This document shows, piece after piece, positions 11,661-21,692 of a stretch of DNA of 36,169 nucleotides. The notes beneath the pieces are model-generated. The model worked only from the letters and a program-made list of their open reading frames with translations. It made no database searches and had not been told where the DNA came from. Each line of letters starts with the position of its first letter. Within the stretch, counting starts at the first letter, position 1. The position numbers and the translations under genes were made by a program. Origin of the DNA: Alphaproteobacteria bacterium. GTDB lineage: Bacteria > Pseudomonadota > Alphaproteobacteria > UBA7887. Location: assembly GCA_028289725.1 (NCBI GenBank), contig JANQOH010000447.1, forward strand, positions 1 through 36,169, read 5' to 3'.

Positions 11661-12452
11661 GTGAGCCAAACGAGGGAGCCGAGCGTGGGACGGTTAGATG
11701 GCAGAGTTGCATTAATCACCGGCGCCGCCGGGGGCATTGGCGCCGCCACGGCGCACCTGTTCGCTTCGGAAGGCGCCACGCTGTGTCTCGTCGACCGCGA
11801 CCAGGCGGGGTTGGACGCGTTGGCCCAAAAACTCAATGCGCCGCGGACGATCGTTCAAACCGCGGACGTCTCCGCGTCAGAAGACATGCATGCCTGCGTT
11901 GATGCGGCGATCAATGCCTTTGGCGGGTTGGATATCGCGATCCTCAATGCCGGCATTGAAGGCGAATTGCTGCCCATCGGCGCGTACCCCGAGGACGATT
12001 TCGATCGGGTCATCGCGATCAATTTGAAAGGTGTTTGGCTCGGATTGAGATACGCCATGCCCGCGCTCGAGACACGCGGCGGTGGCAGCATCGTGATCAC
12101 ATCGTCGATTGCCGGCGTCCGCGGGCGCGCGGGCATGTGGGGCTATGTCGCCAGCAAACACGGTGTGGTCGGTCTGATGCGCACAGCGGCGCTCGAGGGA
12201 GCAGCATCGGGCATCCGCGTCAACAGCGTGCACCCCTCGCCGGTCGAGACGCGGATGATGCGGTCCCTGGAAAGCAAGATGAACCCGGACGATCCGGAAG
12301 GCGCGTACCGCGCCTATCGCAAGCGGTCACCGCTCGGACGCTACGCGGAGCCGGAGGAAGTCGCCAAAATGATGTTGTTTCTGGCCAGTGACGACAGCTC
12401 CCACTGCACAGGTTCGACCTTCATGATCGATGGTGGCCGGGGCGCTGGTTAG
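11661..12452 (+). CDS. short-chain dehydrogenase/reductase
   Basis: TGAAGGIG, NAG, YVASK catalytic motif, IRVNSVHP, DGG C-terminus. Start could be the GTG at 11685. Confidence 0.92.
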   Translation: MSQTREPSVGRLDGRVALITGAAGGIGAATAHLFASEGATLCLVDRDQAGLDALAQKLNAPRTIVQTADVSASEDMHACVDAAINAFGGLDIAILNAGIEGELLPIGAYPEDDFDRVIAINLKGVWLGLRYAMPALETRGGGSIVITSSIAGVRGRAGMWGYVASKHGVVGLMRTAALEGAASGIRVNSVHPSPVETRMMRSLESKMNPDDPEGAYRAYRKRSPLGRYAEPEEVAKMMLFLASDDSSHCTGSTFMIDGGRGAG

Positions 12453-13645
12453 GCCGCGATCAGCCCGCCGAACACCGCCAAGACAATGACCACGGCCCAA
12501 GACGGCACCCGCCATTGGTTGAGGGCCACAAATCCGGCGAGCGCGAGAGCGAAGTCGAGAGGGGTTGCCACCGCCGTCGTCCAAACCGGATCGTAAAGCG
12601 CCGCGCCGAGCAGGCCGACGACGGCCGCATTGACGCCGGTGAGTGCGGCGCGCACCGCCTTCTTCCCACGCAATGCGCCCCAAAACGGCAGCACTCCGAG
12701 CACCAAAAGAAACCCGGGAAGAAATATCGCGACCAAACAAGCAAAACCGAGCGCGAGCCCCGCTAAACCCGAAGCCATCGACGCGCCGAGGAACGCCGCA
12801 ATCGCGAAGATGGGACCGGGCAATGCTTGCGCGGCGCCGTAGCCAGCCACAAAGGTTTCCTGGTCGAGCCAACCCGGCGGCACGACGACCGCTTCGAGGA
12901 GCGGCAACACGACATGGCCGCCACCAAAGACCAGCGCCCCCGCCCGGTACAGTCCGTCGACGGCCCGCACCCATGGCACATCGGATAGCTGCGCTATCAG
13001 TGCGAGGGCGACCAAGACAATGACGAAGACACTCAGTAGCAGCGTACCGGCGCGTCGGCCGATGAGATCGGGCAGAGCGCCCCCTTCGTTCGGTGTCTCG
13101 GTGCGAAAGAGTGTGATGCCGGCCAGCACGCCAATAGCGATTGCGGCAAGCTGACCGAGAATTCCTGGCAGCAGGATGACGGTCGCCACGGCCGCCAGCG
13201 CGATGGTTGCCCGTTCGCGATCCGGCGCAAGCGTGCGCGCCATGCCTAAGACGGCATTCGCGACCACCGCCAACGCCGCCAATTTCAAACCCGCAAGCCA
13301 GCCCGCAGTCGACGCTTGTTCGAATGTCGCAATGCCAAAGGCAAAAGCGATCATTAGGACAGCCGATGGCATGCAAAAGCCGACCCATGCCGCCACCGCG
13401 CCAGGCACGCCGGCGCGCAAGGCCCCTATGGACATGGCGATTTGCGTCGAGGTTGGACCGGGCAATAGCTGCGCCACCGCCAGAAGATCGGCAAATGTCT
13501 GGTCTGTCAGCCACTGGCGGCGCTTAACGAATGCCTCCCGGTAGTAACCGATATGGGCGGTTGGGCCGCCGAAAGACGTGACACCCAAGCGCAGAAAGAT
13601 CAGCAAGATGCCGGACAGGCTAGTTTTTTGATTGGGGCCCGTCAT
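12449..13645 (-). CDS. chrA: chromate ion transporter (CHR family, long-chain)
   Basis: Two homologous halves: SFGGPTAH...QLLPGP and VFGGGHVVLP...QALPGP. Very hydrophobic. Confidence 0.9.
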   Translation of the reverse strand: MTGPNQKTSLSGILLIFLRLGVTSFGGPTAHIGYYREAFVKRRQWLTDQTFADLLAVAQLLPGPTSTQIAMSIGALRAGVPGAVAAWVGFCMPSAVLMIAFAFGIATFEQASTAGWLAGLKLAALAVVANAVLGMARTLAPDRERATIALAAVATVILLPGILGQLAAIAIGVLAGITLFRTETPNEGGALPDLIGRRAGTLLLSVFVIVLVALALIAQLSDVPWVRAVDGLYRAGALVFGGGHVVLPLLEAVVVPPGWLDQETFVAGYGAAQALPGPIFAIAAFLGASMASGLAGLALGFACLVAIFLPGFLLVLGVLPFWGALRGKKAVRAALTGVNAAVVGLLGAALYDPVWTTAVATPLDFALALAGFVALNQWRVPSWAVVIVLAVFGGLIAA

Positions 13646-14932
13646 TTAAAGCAAATCTTTGACCTTGAGCCAAAACAGTCCCAACCATGCCAATGGCGTC
13701 CGCAGCGCTGATCCGCCAGGAAACGCGCGATGGGGAATTCTCTGAAACACATCCAAGCCACGCTGGTCGCCCTTGATCGCGGCGGCGAGAATTTCGCCGA
13801 CGACCCCGCTTAGCGCCAAACCGTGACCGGAAAAACCGTGTGCATAATAAATGTCCGGTCCGAGTCGCCCAATGTCCGGAAAGCGATTCCGTGTCAATGC
13901 GATCTGGCCGCCCCAAACAGCGTCAATGGCGACATCGCCTAGCTGCGGGAAGACGCGCAGCATGCGGCGGCGTATCGACTGTTCCAAATTCGCCGGAGCG
14001 CCATTCCTGACCGACTCGCGGCCGCCAAAGAGCATGCGGCGGTCGGCGCTCAAACGAAAATAGTCGAGCACGTGCCGGTCATCGCAAACCGCGATATCGT
14101 GCGGGATGAGCGTTTGCGCTCGGCTTTCGTCCATTGGCTCCGTCGCACAAATAAAAGTGCCGACGGGGATAATTCGGCGGCCAATCTCCTTGGCGTCCGG
14201 CGCGGGAAACGCATTGCAAGCGAGCACCAATCGATCGGCGCGAATGACGCCCTGCGCCAAATGAATTGTTGGAATTGAGTCGCAAGTAACGCGCTCGACG
14301 CGGCTCGCTTCGTACAGTCGGGCACCCGCCGCTTGGGCCGCTTCGGCAAGGCCGAGGCAGTATTTGAGCGGATGCAAATGCAACGAGCCGGTATCCAGAA
14401 TGCCGCCATGGTACCGCTCAGAGGCGACCTCGCGCCGCACCGCGTCACGGTCGAGAAGTTGAAACTGCGTATAGCCGTATACCCGTGCCGCCCGTTCCAC
14501 CCATTCAGCGTGCGCGGCCATGTTGCGCGCCTTAGCCGCCGCCAACAGGTAGCCCTGTTTCAAGTCGCAATCGATCCGGTGACGACGGCATCGTTCGGTG
14601 ATGATATCGAGACCGCGGACCGTCATGTTCCACAAAGCGCGCGCGGTTTCGCTATCGACCAACTTTTCGAGATCTTCGATCTCGCCGCCGAATCCGGTTT
14701 GCGCTTGTCCGCCGTTGCGCCCCGACGCGCCCCAGCCGACTCTCTCCGCCTCAAGCAGCACCACATCAACGCCCGATTCCACCAAATTGAGCGCGGTCGA
14801 GACGCCGGTTAGGCCGCCGCCAATGACAGCGACCTCGCAACGTTCATCCCGGTCCAATTGCGGCCACGAGCGGATCGGGCCGGCCGATGTGGCGTAGTAG
14901 GATTCGATGTGCTGGGGGGCAGTCCCGTCCAT
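13646..14932 (-). CDS. FAD-dependent oxidoreductase, DAO family (PuuB/OrdL-like)
   Basis: SYYATS N-terminus, GGGLTG, GASGRNGGQ, HLHPLKY, LDYFRLSADRRMLFGG, GFSGHG. Confidence 0.88.
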   Translation of the reverse strand: MDGTAPQHIESYYATSAGPIRSWPQLDRDERCEVAVIGGGLTGVSTALNLVESGVDVVLLEAERVGWGASGRNGGQAQTGFGGEIEDLEKLVDSETARALWNMTVRGLDIITERCRRHRIDCDLKQGYLLAAAKARNMAAHAEWVERAARVYGYTQFQLLDRDAVRREVASERYHGGILDTGSLHLHPLKYCLGLAEAAQAAGARLYEASRVERVTCDSIPTIHLAQGVIRADRLVLACNAFPAPDAKEIGRRIIPVGTFICATEPMDESRAQTLIPHDIAVCDDRHVLDYFRLSADRRMLFGGRESVRNGAPANLEQSIRRRMLRVFPQLGDVAIDAVWGGQIALTRNRFPDIGRLGPDIYYAHGFSGHGLALSGVVGEILAAAIKGDQRGLDVFQRIPHRAFPGGSALRTPLAWLGLFWLKVKDLL

Positions 14933-15011
14933 GGCGTCAGGCTAGCGAGGCCCGGTCTCCGGTCAAGCACCGGGGCTTGGCAATCCGGTTGACGCCAATC
15001 ATGATGCGCGC

Positions 15012-15470
15012 ATGCCAGATAGCACCGATCGACCGACAGAGTGGCGGGACACGTTCGAGCTCAGCGACCACAGCGCCTACACTTTTTGGACGCGCGATAC
15101 ATTTCGCTGGGGCGACACGGACGGCATGGGCCACATCAACAATGTGCAATTCGCGCGGTATTGCGAATCCGGGCGGCTTGCGTTTCTCGGCGCCACAGGA
15201 TCCGGGCGCAAGCTGCCGGCCGACGATTTCATGATCGTGCACCTGTCGATCGACTTTCGCTCGCAAATGCACTATCCGGGCGAGGTGATGATCGGCACGC
15301 GCACCATGCGTATTGGCCGGACGTCGGTCAGGGTCGGTCAAGGTTTGTTTCAAGACAACCGATGCACCGCCACGGCTGAGGGGGTAGTGGTCATGGTGGA
15401 TACAGAGACGGATCGTCCGATTCCCATCCCCGATGACTTGCGTACGCGCTTGATCGATCCGCTGGCATAG
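15012..15470 (+). CDS. hotdog-fold acyl-CoA thioesterase (4HBT/YbgC-like)
   Basis: RWGDTDGMGHINNVQFARYCESGR and IGRTS motifs. Confidence 0.88.
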   Translation: MPDSTDRPTEWRDTFELSDHSAYTFWTRDTFRWGDTDGMGHINNVQFARYCESGRLAFLGATGSGRKLPADDFMIVHLSIDFRSQMHYPGEVMIGTRTMRIGRTSVRVGQGLFQDNRCTATAEGVVVMVDTETDRPIPIPDDLRTRLIDPLA

Positions 15471-15496
15471 TCTGTTGGTTTGACGCCGGGCGTCTG

Positions 15497-17377
15497 ATGG
15501 AAACTAGCGTCCTGATTGTCGGCCATAGCTGGCAGATGTGGGCTGTCCTCGGCCTGCTTGTCGCCGCCATTGCGGCCTTCATCTGGGAACGCACGCCGAT
15601 CGAGGTCACCGCGGCCGCGCTGCTTGCGGTCTTGTTGATCCTTTTCCAATTCGCGCCGGTGGTGGACGCTGGCGGCGTCAATCAACTCGGCCCCGCTCGT
15701 TTGTTGGCAGGCTTCGGCAATCCGGGCCTGATCACGGTGATCGCGCTTTTGGTCATTGGGCAGGCGCTGGTTCAGACCGGCGCGCTTGAAGGCGTGGCGA
15801 GCCTGCTTCACAGATTCAGCGGCGGCCGCTTGATGATCGCCCTTGGTATGAGCCTGATTCCGGTCGCGGTCTTGTCGAGCGTGCTCAACAACACCCCCGT
15901 GGTCGTGATCTTCATTCCGATCATGAGCGCACTGGCAGAGCGGCTCCACATCTCGGTGAGCCGGATTCTCATTCCGCTCAGCTTTGCCTCGGTTCTCGGC
16001 GGCATGACGACGCTCATCGGCTCGTCGACCAATCTGCTGGTGGCGGGGGTGGCCCGCGATTTGGGTCTGCCGCGCATCGGGTTCTTTGATTTCATCGTGC
16101 CCGGACTGGTGTTGGCGGGCGTCGGCCTCGTCTACGTCATGTTGATCATGCCGCGCGTCCTGCCCGACCGTGCGACGATGGCTGGTCGGTTGGCCGGCGA
16201 CGGCCGTCAATTCATCGCGCAAATCGAAGTTGGCGATGATTCCTCGCTTGTTGGCGAAACGGCGGTCGCGGGCATGTTCCGGAGCCTGCCGGACGTCACG
16301 GTCCGCATGATCCAGCGTGGCGAGCATGCCCTTTTGCCGCCGTTCGAGGAGACGGCACTTGAAGCGGGCGACGTGATTGTTCTCGCCGCGACGCGCAAAG
16401 CGCTCACCGATCATCTCGGCAAACACCAAAGCGCCCTTCATCCGAGCCTCACGCACCGTCAATATCGGCAAGCGGAGAACGAGGAGCCGGCCCCCTGGCA
16501 AGGCGGCGAACAGGCCTTGGCCGAGGTGATGATCACCCCGGCTTCGCGCATGATTGGGCAGACCCTTGAAGTGTTCGGATTTCGCCACCGGTTTCACTGC
16601 ATTGTGCTCGGCGTCCAGCGGCGGTCGCGCATGTTCCGGCAACGGGTGACGGACATTGTCTTGGCGGCTGGTGACGTCTTGCTCATTCAAGGCCGACCGG
16701 AGGACGTGCAGGCATTGCGTGCCAACCGCGATGTCATCTTGGTTGAATGGACGCAGGAAACCTTGCCCAACTATTTCCATGCGCGCCGCGCGGCGTTGAT
16801 ATTTGCCCTCGTGGTGCTGGTCGCGGCGACCGACCTTATCCCTATCGTCGTTGCGGCGGTCGGCGGCGCCGTGGCCATGTTGCTAACGGCATGTCTGACC
16901 GTGCGTCAGGCGGCACGCGCGATCGATCGCACGGTGGTCATGATGGTCGCGGCAACGCTTGCCCTCGGTGCGGCCCTCCAAGAAACCGGCGGCGCGGGCT
17001 TTCTTGCCGCGATATTGCTGCACGCAGTCGCGGATGCGGGTCCCGGGTGGGTCTTGTCCGCCCTGTTCCTGCTCATCGCCTTGCTTACCAATGTCTTGAG
17101 CAACAATGCCTCGGCGGTGCTGTTCACGCCGATCGCGGTCATCGTGGCGGCGCAGCTTGGCGTCGACCCGATGCCGTTTGTCTATGCGGTGATATTCGCG
17201 GCAAGCTGCTCGTTCGCCTCGCCGATCGGCTATCAAACGAATCTGCTGGTCATGGCGCCTGGTCATTATCGCTTTGTCGACTATGTCCGTGTAGGCACAC
17301 CATTGTTACTTCTGCTGTGGGTCTGTTTCACGCTCTTCGCCCCGTGGTACTATGGCCTGCCGATGACCTTGCCTTAA
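15497..17377 (+). CDS. SLC13/DASS-family permease with TrkA-C domains
   Basis: LNNTPVV, GGMTTLIGSSTNL, SNNASAVL, SPIGYQTNLLV, with two central soluble TrkA-C-like repeats. Confidence 0.9.
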   Translation: METSVLIVGHSWQMWAVLGLLVAAIAAFIWERTPIEVTAAALLAVLLILFQFAPVVDAGGVNQLGPARLLAGFGNPGLITVIALLVIGQALVQTGALEGVASLLHRFSGGRLMIALGMSLIPVAVLSSVLNNTPVVVIFIPIMSALAERLHISVSRILIPLSFASVLGGMTTLIGSSTNLLVAGVARDLGLPRIGFFDFIVPGLVLAGVGLVYVMLIMPRVLPDRATMAGRLAGDGRQFIAQIEVGDDSSLVGETAVAGMFRSLPDVTVRMIQRGEHALLPPFEETALEAGDVIVLAATRKALTDHLGKHQSALHPSLTHRQYRQAENEEPAPWQGGEQALAEVMITPASRMIGQTLEVFGFRHRFHCIVLGVQRRSRMFRQRVTDIVLAAGDVLLIQGRPEDVQALRANRDVILVEWTQETLPNYFHARRAALIFALVVLVAATDLIPIVVAAVGGAVAMLLTACLTVRQAARAIDRTVVMMVAATLALGAALQETGGAGFLAAILLHAVADAGPGWVLSALFLLIALLTNVLSNNASAVLFTPIAVIVAAQLGVDPMPFVYAVIFAASCSFASPIGYQTNLLVMAPGHYRFVDYVRVGTPLLLLLWVCFTLFAPWYYGLPMTLP

Positions 17378-17402
17378 TCGGTCCAATTGGTTTCAGTGCG
17401 GA

Positions 17403-18164
17403 ATGCTCGACACCGATCCGCGAAAGCTTCAGTTCTTTTACGGCACCGCCGCACAACCCTGCCCCTATATCGAGGGGCGGTCGGAATGTAAGGCTGTGAC
17501 GGAACTAACCGGCCCACACGCCCCGCATCTGCACGATATGCTGAGCCGCGCGGGCTTTCGGCGCAGCCATGGCATTGCCTATCGGCCGGCCTGTCGCGGG
17601 TGCCACGCATGTGTACCGGTTCGCGTCGTGGTGGATCAGTTTCGTGCGTCACGATCCATGCGTCGCGTCCTGAAGCGGAATGCCGACCTGACGCCCCGTG
17701 AACGACCGGCCATCGCCACGCTCGAGCAATACGACCTGTTCGAAGCCTATGAAGTGTCGCGCCACGGCGACGGCGACATGGCCATGATGGACTTCACCGA
17801 CTATCGCGCCATGGTCGAGGACTCGCCCGTCGATACACGGATTGTCGAATTTCGTGACCCGGAGGGCCGGTTGGCGGCCGTCACGCTGACCGATTGGCTG
17901 AGCGACGGACTGTCGGGGGTGTACAAGTTCTTTGCCGTGGACCGTGCACGGGCGAGTCCTGGTACCCACGTCATTCTTTGGCACATCGAACAGGCCCGCG
18001 CGCTCGGGCTGCCTTATGTTTATCTCGGCTATTGGATCGGCGAGAGCCCAAAGATGGCTTACAAAATGCGGTTCCAGCCCTTGCATGCCTTGCGCGGTGA
18101 ACAATGGGTGCCCTTTACGAGGCCCGAAACCGATGCGGCGCCGGCGAACTTGGCCGCTGTTTAA
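17403..18164 (+). CDS. bpt: bacterial ATE1-like aminoacyl-tRNA-protein transferase (Bpt, N-degron pathway)
   Basis: CPYIEGR, GFRRSHGIAYRPAC..CHAC, RHGDGDM, LPYVYLGYWI...KMAYK.RF.P. Confidence 0.9.
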   Translation: MLDTDPRKLQFFYGTAAQPCPYIEGRSECKAVTELTGPHAPHLHDMLSRAGFRRSHGIAYRPACRGCHACVPVRVVVDQFRASRSMRRVLKRNADLTPRERPAIATLEQYDLFEAYEVSRHGDGDMAMMDFTDYRAMVEDSPVDTRIVEFRDPEGRLAAVTLTDWLSDGLSGVYKFFAVDRARASPGTHVILWHIEQARALGLPYVYLGYWIGESPKMAYKMRFQPLHALRGEQWVPFTRPETDAAPANLAAV

Positions 18165-18231
18165 TCAGACCTGACCCAAGCCTATACTGAGCCCGCCAGG
18201 CGGCGCGGCCGCCGCGACGTGGGAGGGCTTG

Positions 18232-19383
18232 ATGAAACGTCGGGATTTCTTGACAGGCGCCGTGACCGGCGCGGTTGTTGCCGCCGGGGCAACTTACGCC
18301 GCAACGTCCAATCGTGCGCCGGCACCTATTGAACCGGGCACGCCTGATGATCCGGGCACGGCACCGGCCGTGTCCTCCGGCTTGCGCGAATGGAAAATGG
18401 TCACAACCTGGCCGAAGAACTTTCCGGGCGCGGGAACCGCGGCGCAGGAGCTAGCCGACAATATCACGGCCATGTCCGAAGGCCGGTTGGTGGTCAAATT
18501 GTTCGCCGCCGGCGAGGTGGTACCCGCGTTTGAATCTTTCGATGCCGTGCGGGAGGGCACCGCGGAATGTGCGCACGCGGCGCCGTATTATTGGGTCGCG
18601 AAGAACAAGAGCATTCCCTTTTTCTGCGCCGTCCCAGGTGGTTTGAGCGTGATCGAACACAATGCCTGGATCATGTATGGCGGTGGCCAAGAGCTGTGGG
18701 ACGAAATGTACGGCGAGTTTGGCGTGCGCGGTTTCTTGTCCGGCAACACCGGCACCCAGATGGGCGGCTGGTTTCAGCGCGAAATCAACTCACTCGACGA
18801 CTTCAAAGGTCTTAAAATCCGCATTCCAGGCTTGGCGGCCGAGGTGCTCAATCGGCTCGGCGCGACCGCGGTCAATATGCCGGCCGGTGAAATTATGCCG
18901 GCGCTGCAATCCGGCGTCATTGACGCGGCCGAGTGGGTCGGTCCTTGGGTCGATCTGACCATGGGCTTTTACAAAGTCGCCAAGAACTATTATGGCCCCG
19001 GCTTCCACGAAGGCAGTACGGCCAACGAACTCCTGGTCAACGAGCAAACGTGGCAGTCGCTGCCGAGCGACCTCCAAGCGATCGTTCGCACGGCCTGCCA
19101 TGAAGCCAACATGAAAGTCCCCGCGGAATATTTCGCCCGTAGCTCCGACGCACTGGCCACGCTGGTCAATGAACATGGCGTAACGCTCAAGACTTTCCCG
19201 GACGAGGTCTACGCGGAAGCCTATCGCATCTCTGAGGAGGTCAATGCGGAGACCGCGAACGAGGGCGATCTCAACCGACGAATCTATGAAAGTTGGAGCA
19301 AGTTCCGCAAACACGCCATGGACTATCAGCCCCTGTCCGATTTCGGATTTATCCAGAACCGGCGGCGCGCCATCGCGTCTTAG
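18232..19383 (+). CDS. dctP: TRAP substrate-binding protein, TakP/2-oxo-acid type, paralogue 1 (Tat signal)
   Basis: KRRDFL twin-arginine motif, WKMVTTWPKNFPG, GNTGTQMGGWF, RIPG, EWVGP. GGGAGG RBS. Confidence 0.92.
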   Translation: MKRRDFLTGAVTGAVVAAGATYAATSNRAPAPIEPGTPDDPGTAPAVSSGLREWKMVTTWPKNFPGAGTAAQELADNITAMSEGRLVVKLFAAGEVVPAFESFDAVREGTAECAHAAPYYWVAKNKSIPFFCAVPGGLSVIEHNAWIMYGGGQELWDEMYGEFGVRGFLSGNTGTQMGGWFQREINSLDDFKGLKIRIPGLAAEVLNRLGATAVNMPAGEIMPALQSGVIDAAEWVGPWVDLTMGFYKVAKNYYGPGFHEGSTANELLVNEQTWQSLPSDLQAIVRTACHEANMKVPAEYFARSSDALATLVNEHGVTLKTFPDEVYAEAYRISEEVNAETANEGDLNRRIYESWSKFRKHAMDYQPLSDFGFIQNRRRAIAS

Positions 19384-19419
19384 CTCTTGTCTAGGGCCAT
19401 ATTTTAGGAAATTGACATC

Positions 19420-20502
19420 GTGAAGACTCGCAAGCTCACCCGCCGCAATATCCTCGCGGCCGGCGGCGTCGCCGCCGCATCGACCTTGGCCGCGCCCGCG
19501 ATTGCGCAGAATCGGCTGAGTTGGAAAATGATCACGGCTTGGCCCAAGAATTTTCCGGGCCTGGGCACCGGTGCGCAACGCATCGCCGACGCCATCACCG
19601 AAATGTCCGAAGGCCAGCTCTCCATCAAGCTCTATGCTGCCGGCGAACTTGTTCCGCCGCTGGAGGTGTTCGACGCCGTCGCCCAAGGCACCGCCGAGAT
19701 GGGCCATTCAGCGCCGGCTTATTGGACCGGCAAGAACAAGAGCTTCGCATTTTTTGCGGTCGTGCCGGGCGGCTTAGTCGCGCAAGAACAGAATGCCTGG
19801 GTGGCCTATGGCGGCGGCCAGGAGCTCTGGGACGAAACCTATGGCGAATACGGTCTAAAGGCCTGGCCCGCTGGCAATACCGGCACCCAAATGGGCGGAT
19901 GGTTTAACAAAGAGATCAACAGCCCCGACGACTTGAACGGGTTGCGGATGCGCATTCCCGGCTTGGCGGGCGAGGTGATCAACCGTGCGGGCGGCTTGGC
20001 GGTCAACATTCCCGGCGGCGAAATCATGACCAGCATGCAGTCGGGCGTGGTCGACGCCGTGGAATTCGCGGGACCTTGGACCGACCTCGCCTTCGGCTTC
20101 CACAAAGTCGCGAAATACTATTACGGCCCTGGTTTTCAGGAGCCGGGCCCGAGTCTGGAGTTGATCATCAATCGCCGGCTTTGGGATGAGTTGCCGCGGC
20201 ACTTGCAGAAAATCGTCGAACACGCGTCCGCGTCCGAGAACCAGCGCATGTTGTCGGAGTTCACGGCGGGCAACGCGGCGTCGCTCGAAGTGCTGGTGCG
20301 CGACCACGGCATAACACCGCAAAAGATGCCCGATGACGTAATTCGGAAATTAAGAGCGATTAGCGAGGAGGTCCTCGAGGAGACGGCCGAGCTCGGCGAC
20401 TTAAACCGCCGCATCTATGAGAGCTGGTCCAAATTCCGCGCCCAAGCGGCGGCACTGGCGCCATTTACCGAGCAAGGCGCCCTCAACCAGCGTGACCTGT
20501 AA
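19420..20502 (+). CDS. dctP: TRAP substrate-binding protein, TakP type, paralogue 2 (Tat signal)
   Basis: TRRNIL...APAIA signal, WKMITAWPKNFPG, GNTGTQMGGWF, RIPG, EFAGP. GTG start. Confidence 0.92.
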   Translation: MKTRKLTRRNILAAGGVAAASTLAAPAIAQNRLSWKMITAWPKNFPGLGTGAQRIADAITEMSEGQLSIKLYAAGELVPPLEVFDAVAQGTAEMGHSAPAYWTGKNKSFAFFAVVPGGLVAQEQNAWVAYGGGQELWDETYGEYGLKAWPAGNTGTQMGGWFNKEINSPDDLNGLRMRIPGLAGEVINRAGGLAVNIPGGEIMTSMQSGVVDAVEFAGPWTDLAFGFHKVAKYYYGPGFQEPGPSLELIINRRLWDELPRHLQKIVEHASASENQRMLSEFTAGNAASLEVLVRDHGITPQKMPDDVIRKLRAISEEVLEETAELGDLNRRIYESWSKFRAQAAALAPFTEQGALNQRDL

Positions 20503-20594
20503 CGCATCGGCTGTTAGCTTTTTCGAGATTGAAAATTTCACAACCCGTCGTCCCAGCTCACGACGGGTCATCAAGTCATGGAAGTGAGAAAGAT

Positions 20595-21692
20595 ATGACC
20601 CGTAAATCCCCGTCCCGCCGTGGTTTCCTCAAGGGCGCGGCCGTCGGTGCCGTCGCTGCATCATCGCTGCCCGCGCCAGCAATCGCGCAAGGCAATGTGC
20701 AATGGAAGATGGTCACGACATGGCCGAAGAATTTTCCAGGACTTGGCACCGGCGCCCAACGAATCGCCGATCGCATTGACGCGCTGACCGACGGACGATT
20801 GAAGGTAAAACTGTTCGCGGCTGGCGAGTTGGTCCCCGCGTTCGAGGCGTTCGACGCGGTGCGCGATGGCATCGCGGAAATGACGCACGACGCCGCTTAT
20901 TATTGGGTAGCCAAGCACAAAAGCATGCCGTTCTTCTGCACGGTTCCGGGCGGCCTGACCCAACAGGAGCACATGGGATGGATCTACCATGGCGGCGGTC
21001 AAGCGCTCTGGGACGAACTTTATGCTGAGTTTGGATTGAAGGCGTTTCTTGCTGGTGGCACCGGTGTTCAGATGGGCGGCTGGTTCCAAAAGGAGATCAA
21101 CAGCCTCGACGACCTTCAAGGACTGAAAATGCGCATCCCGGGCCTCGGCGCGGAAGTCATCAACCGATTGGGCGGCACCGCCGTCAATATGCCAGGCGGC
21201 GAAATCATGCCGGCATTGCAGTCCGGCGTGATCGACGCGACCGAATGGGTCGGCCCTTGGAACGATCTCGCCTTCGGTTTCTACAAGATCGCCAAATACT
21301 ATTACGGCCCAGGCTTCCACGAGCCGAGTTCGGCTCTCGAAGTCATGGTGTCGAAGGACAAGTTCGAGGAGCTGCCGAGCGACTTGCAGGCGGCTGTCGA
21401 AAACGCGTGCATGGCCGAAAACGGATATATGCTGAGCGAGTTCACGGCCGGCAATAGCGCCGCACAAGCAACCCTGACCGGTGAACATGGCGTTTCGATC
21501 GGCAGTTTCCCCGACGATGTGGTGAAAGCCGCCTACGGCGCCGCGGTGGATGTCCTGCACGAAACCGCAGACGTCGACGATCTGGGCAAACGCATCTTCG
21601 ACAGTTGGTGGAAGTTCCGACAGGAAGCGATCGACCGCGCCCCATTCGCCGAACAGGGCTACATGAACAATCGCGGTCTTGCTAACGCTTAG
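20595..21692 (+). CDS. dctP: TRAP substrate-binding protein, TakP type, paralogue 3 (Tat signal)
   Basis: ATG at 20595, SRRGFL...APAIA signal, WKMVTTWPKNFPG, QMGGWF, RIPG, EWVGPWND, HEP. Confidence 0.92.
   Translation: MTRKSPSRRGFLKGAAVGAVAASSLPAPAIAQGNVQWKMVTTWPKNFPGLGTGAQRIADRIDALTDGRLKVKLFAAGELVPAFEAFDAVRDGIAEMTHDAAYYWVAKHKSMPFFCTVPGGLTQQEHMGWIYHGGGQALWDELYAEFGLKAFLAGGTGVQMGGWFQKEINSLDDLQGLKMRIPGLGAEVINRLGGTAVNMPGGEIMPALQSGVIDATEWVGPWNDLAFGFYKIAKYYYGPGFHEPSSALEVMVSKDKFEELPSDLQAAVENACMAENGYMLSEFTAGNSAAQATLTGEHGVSIGSFPDDVVKAAYGAAVDVLHETADVDDLGKRIFDSWWKFRQEAIDRAPFAEQGYMNNRGLANA

Noticed and set aside
18232-21692. Repeated DNA blocks such as TGGCCGAAGAA and CAGATGGGCGGCTGGTT as a repeat array
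   Set aside because: They are conserved coding motifs of the three dctP paralogues, not CRISPR or mobile repeats.
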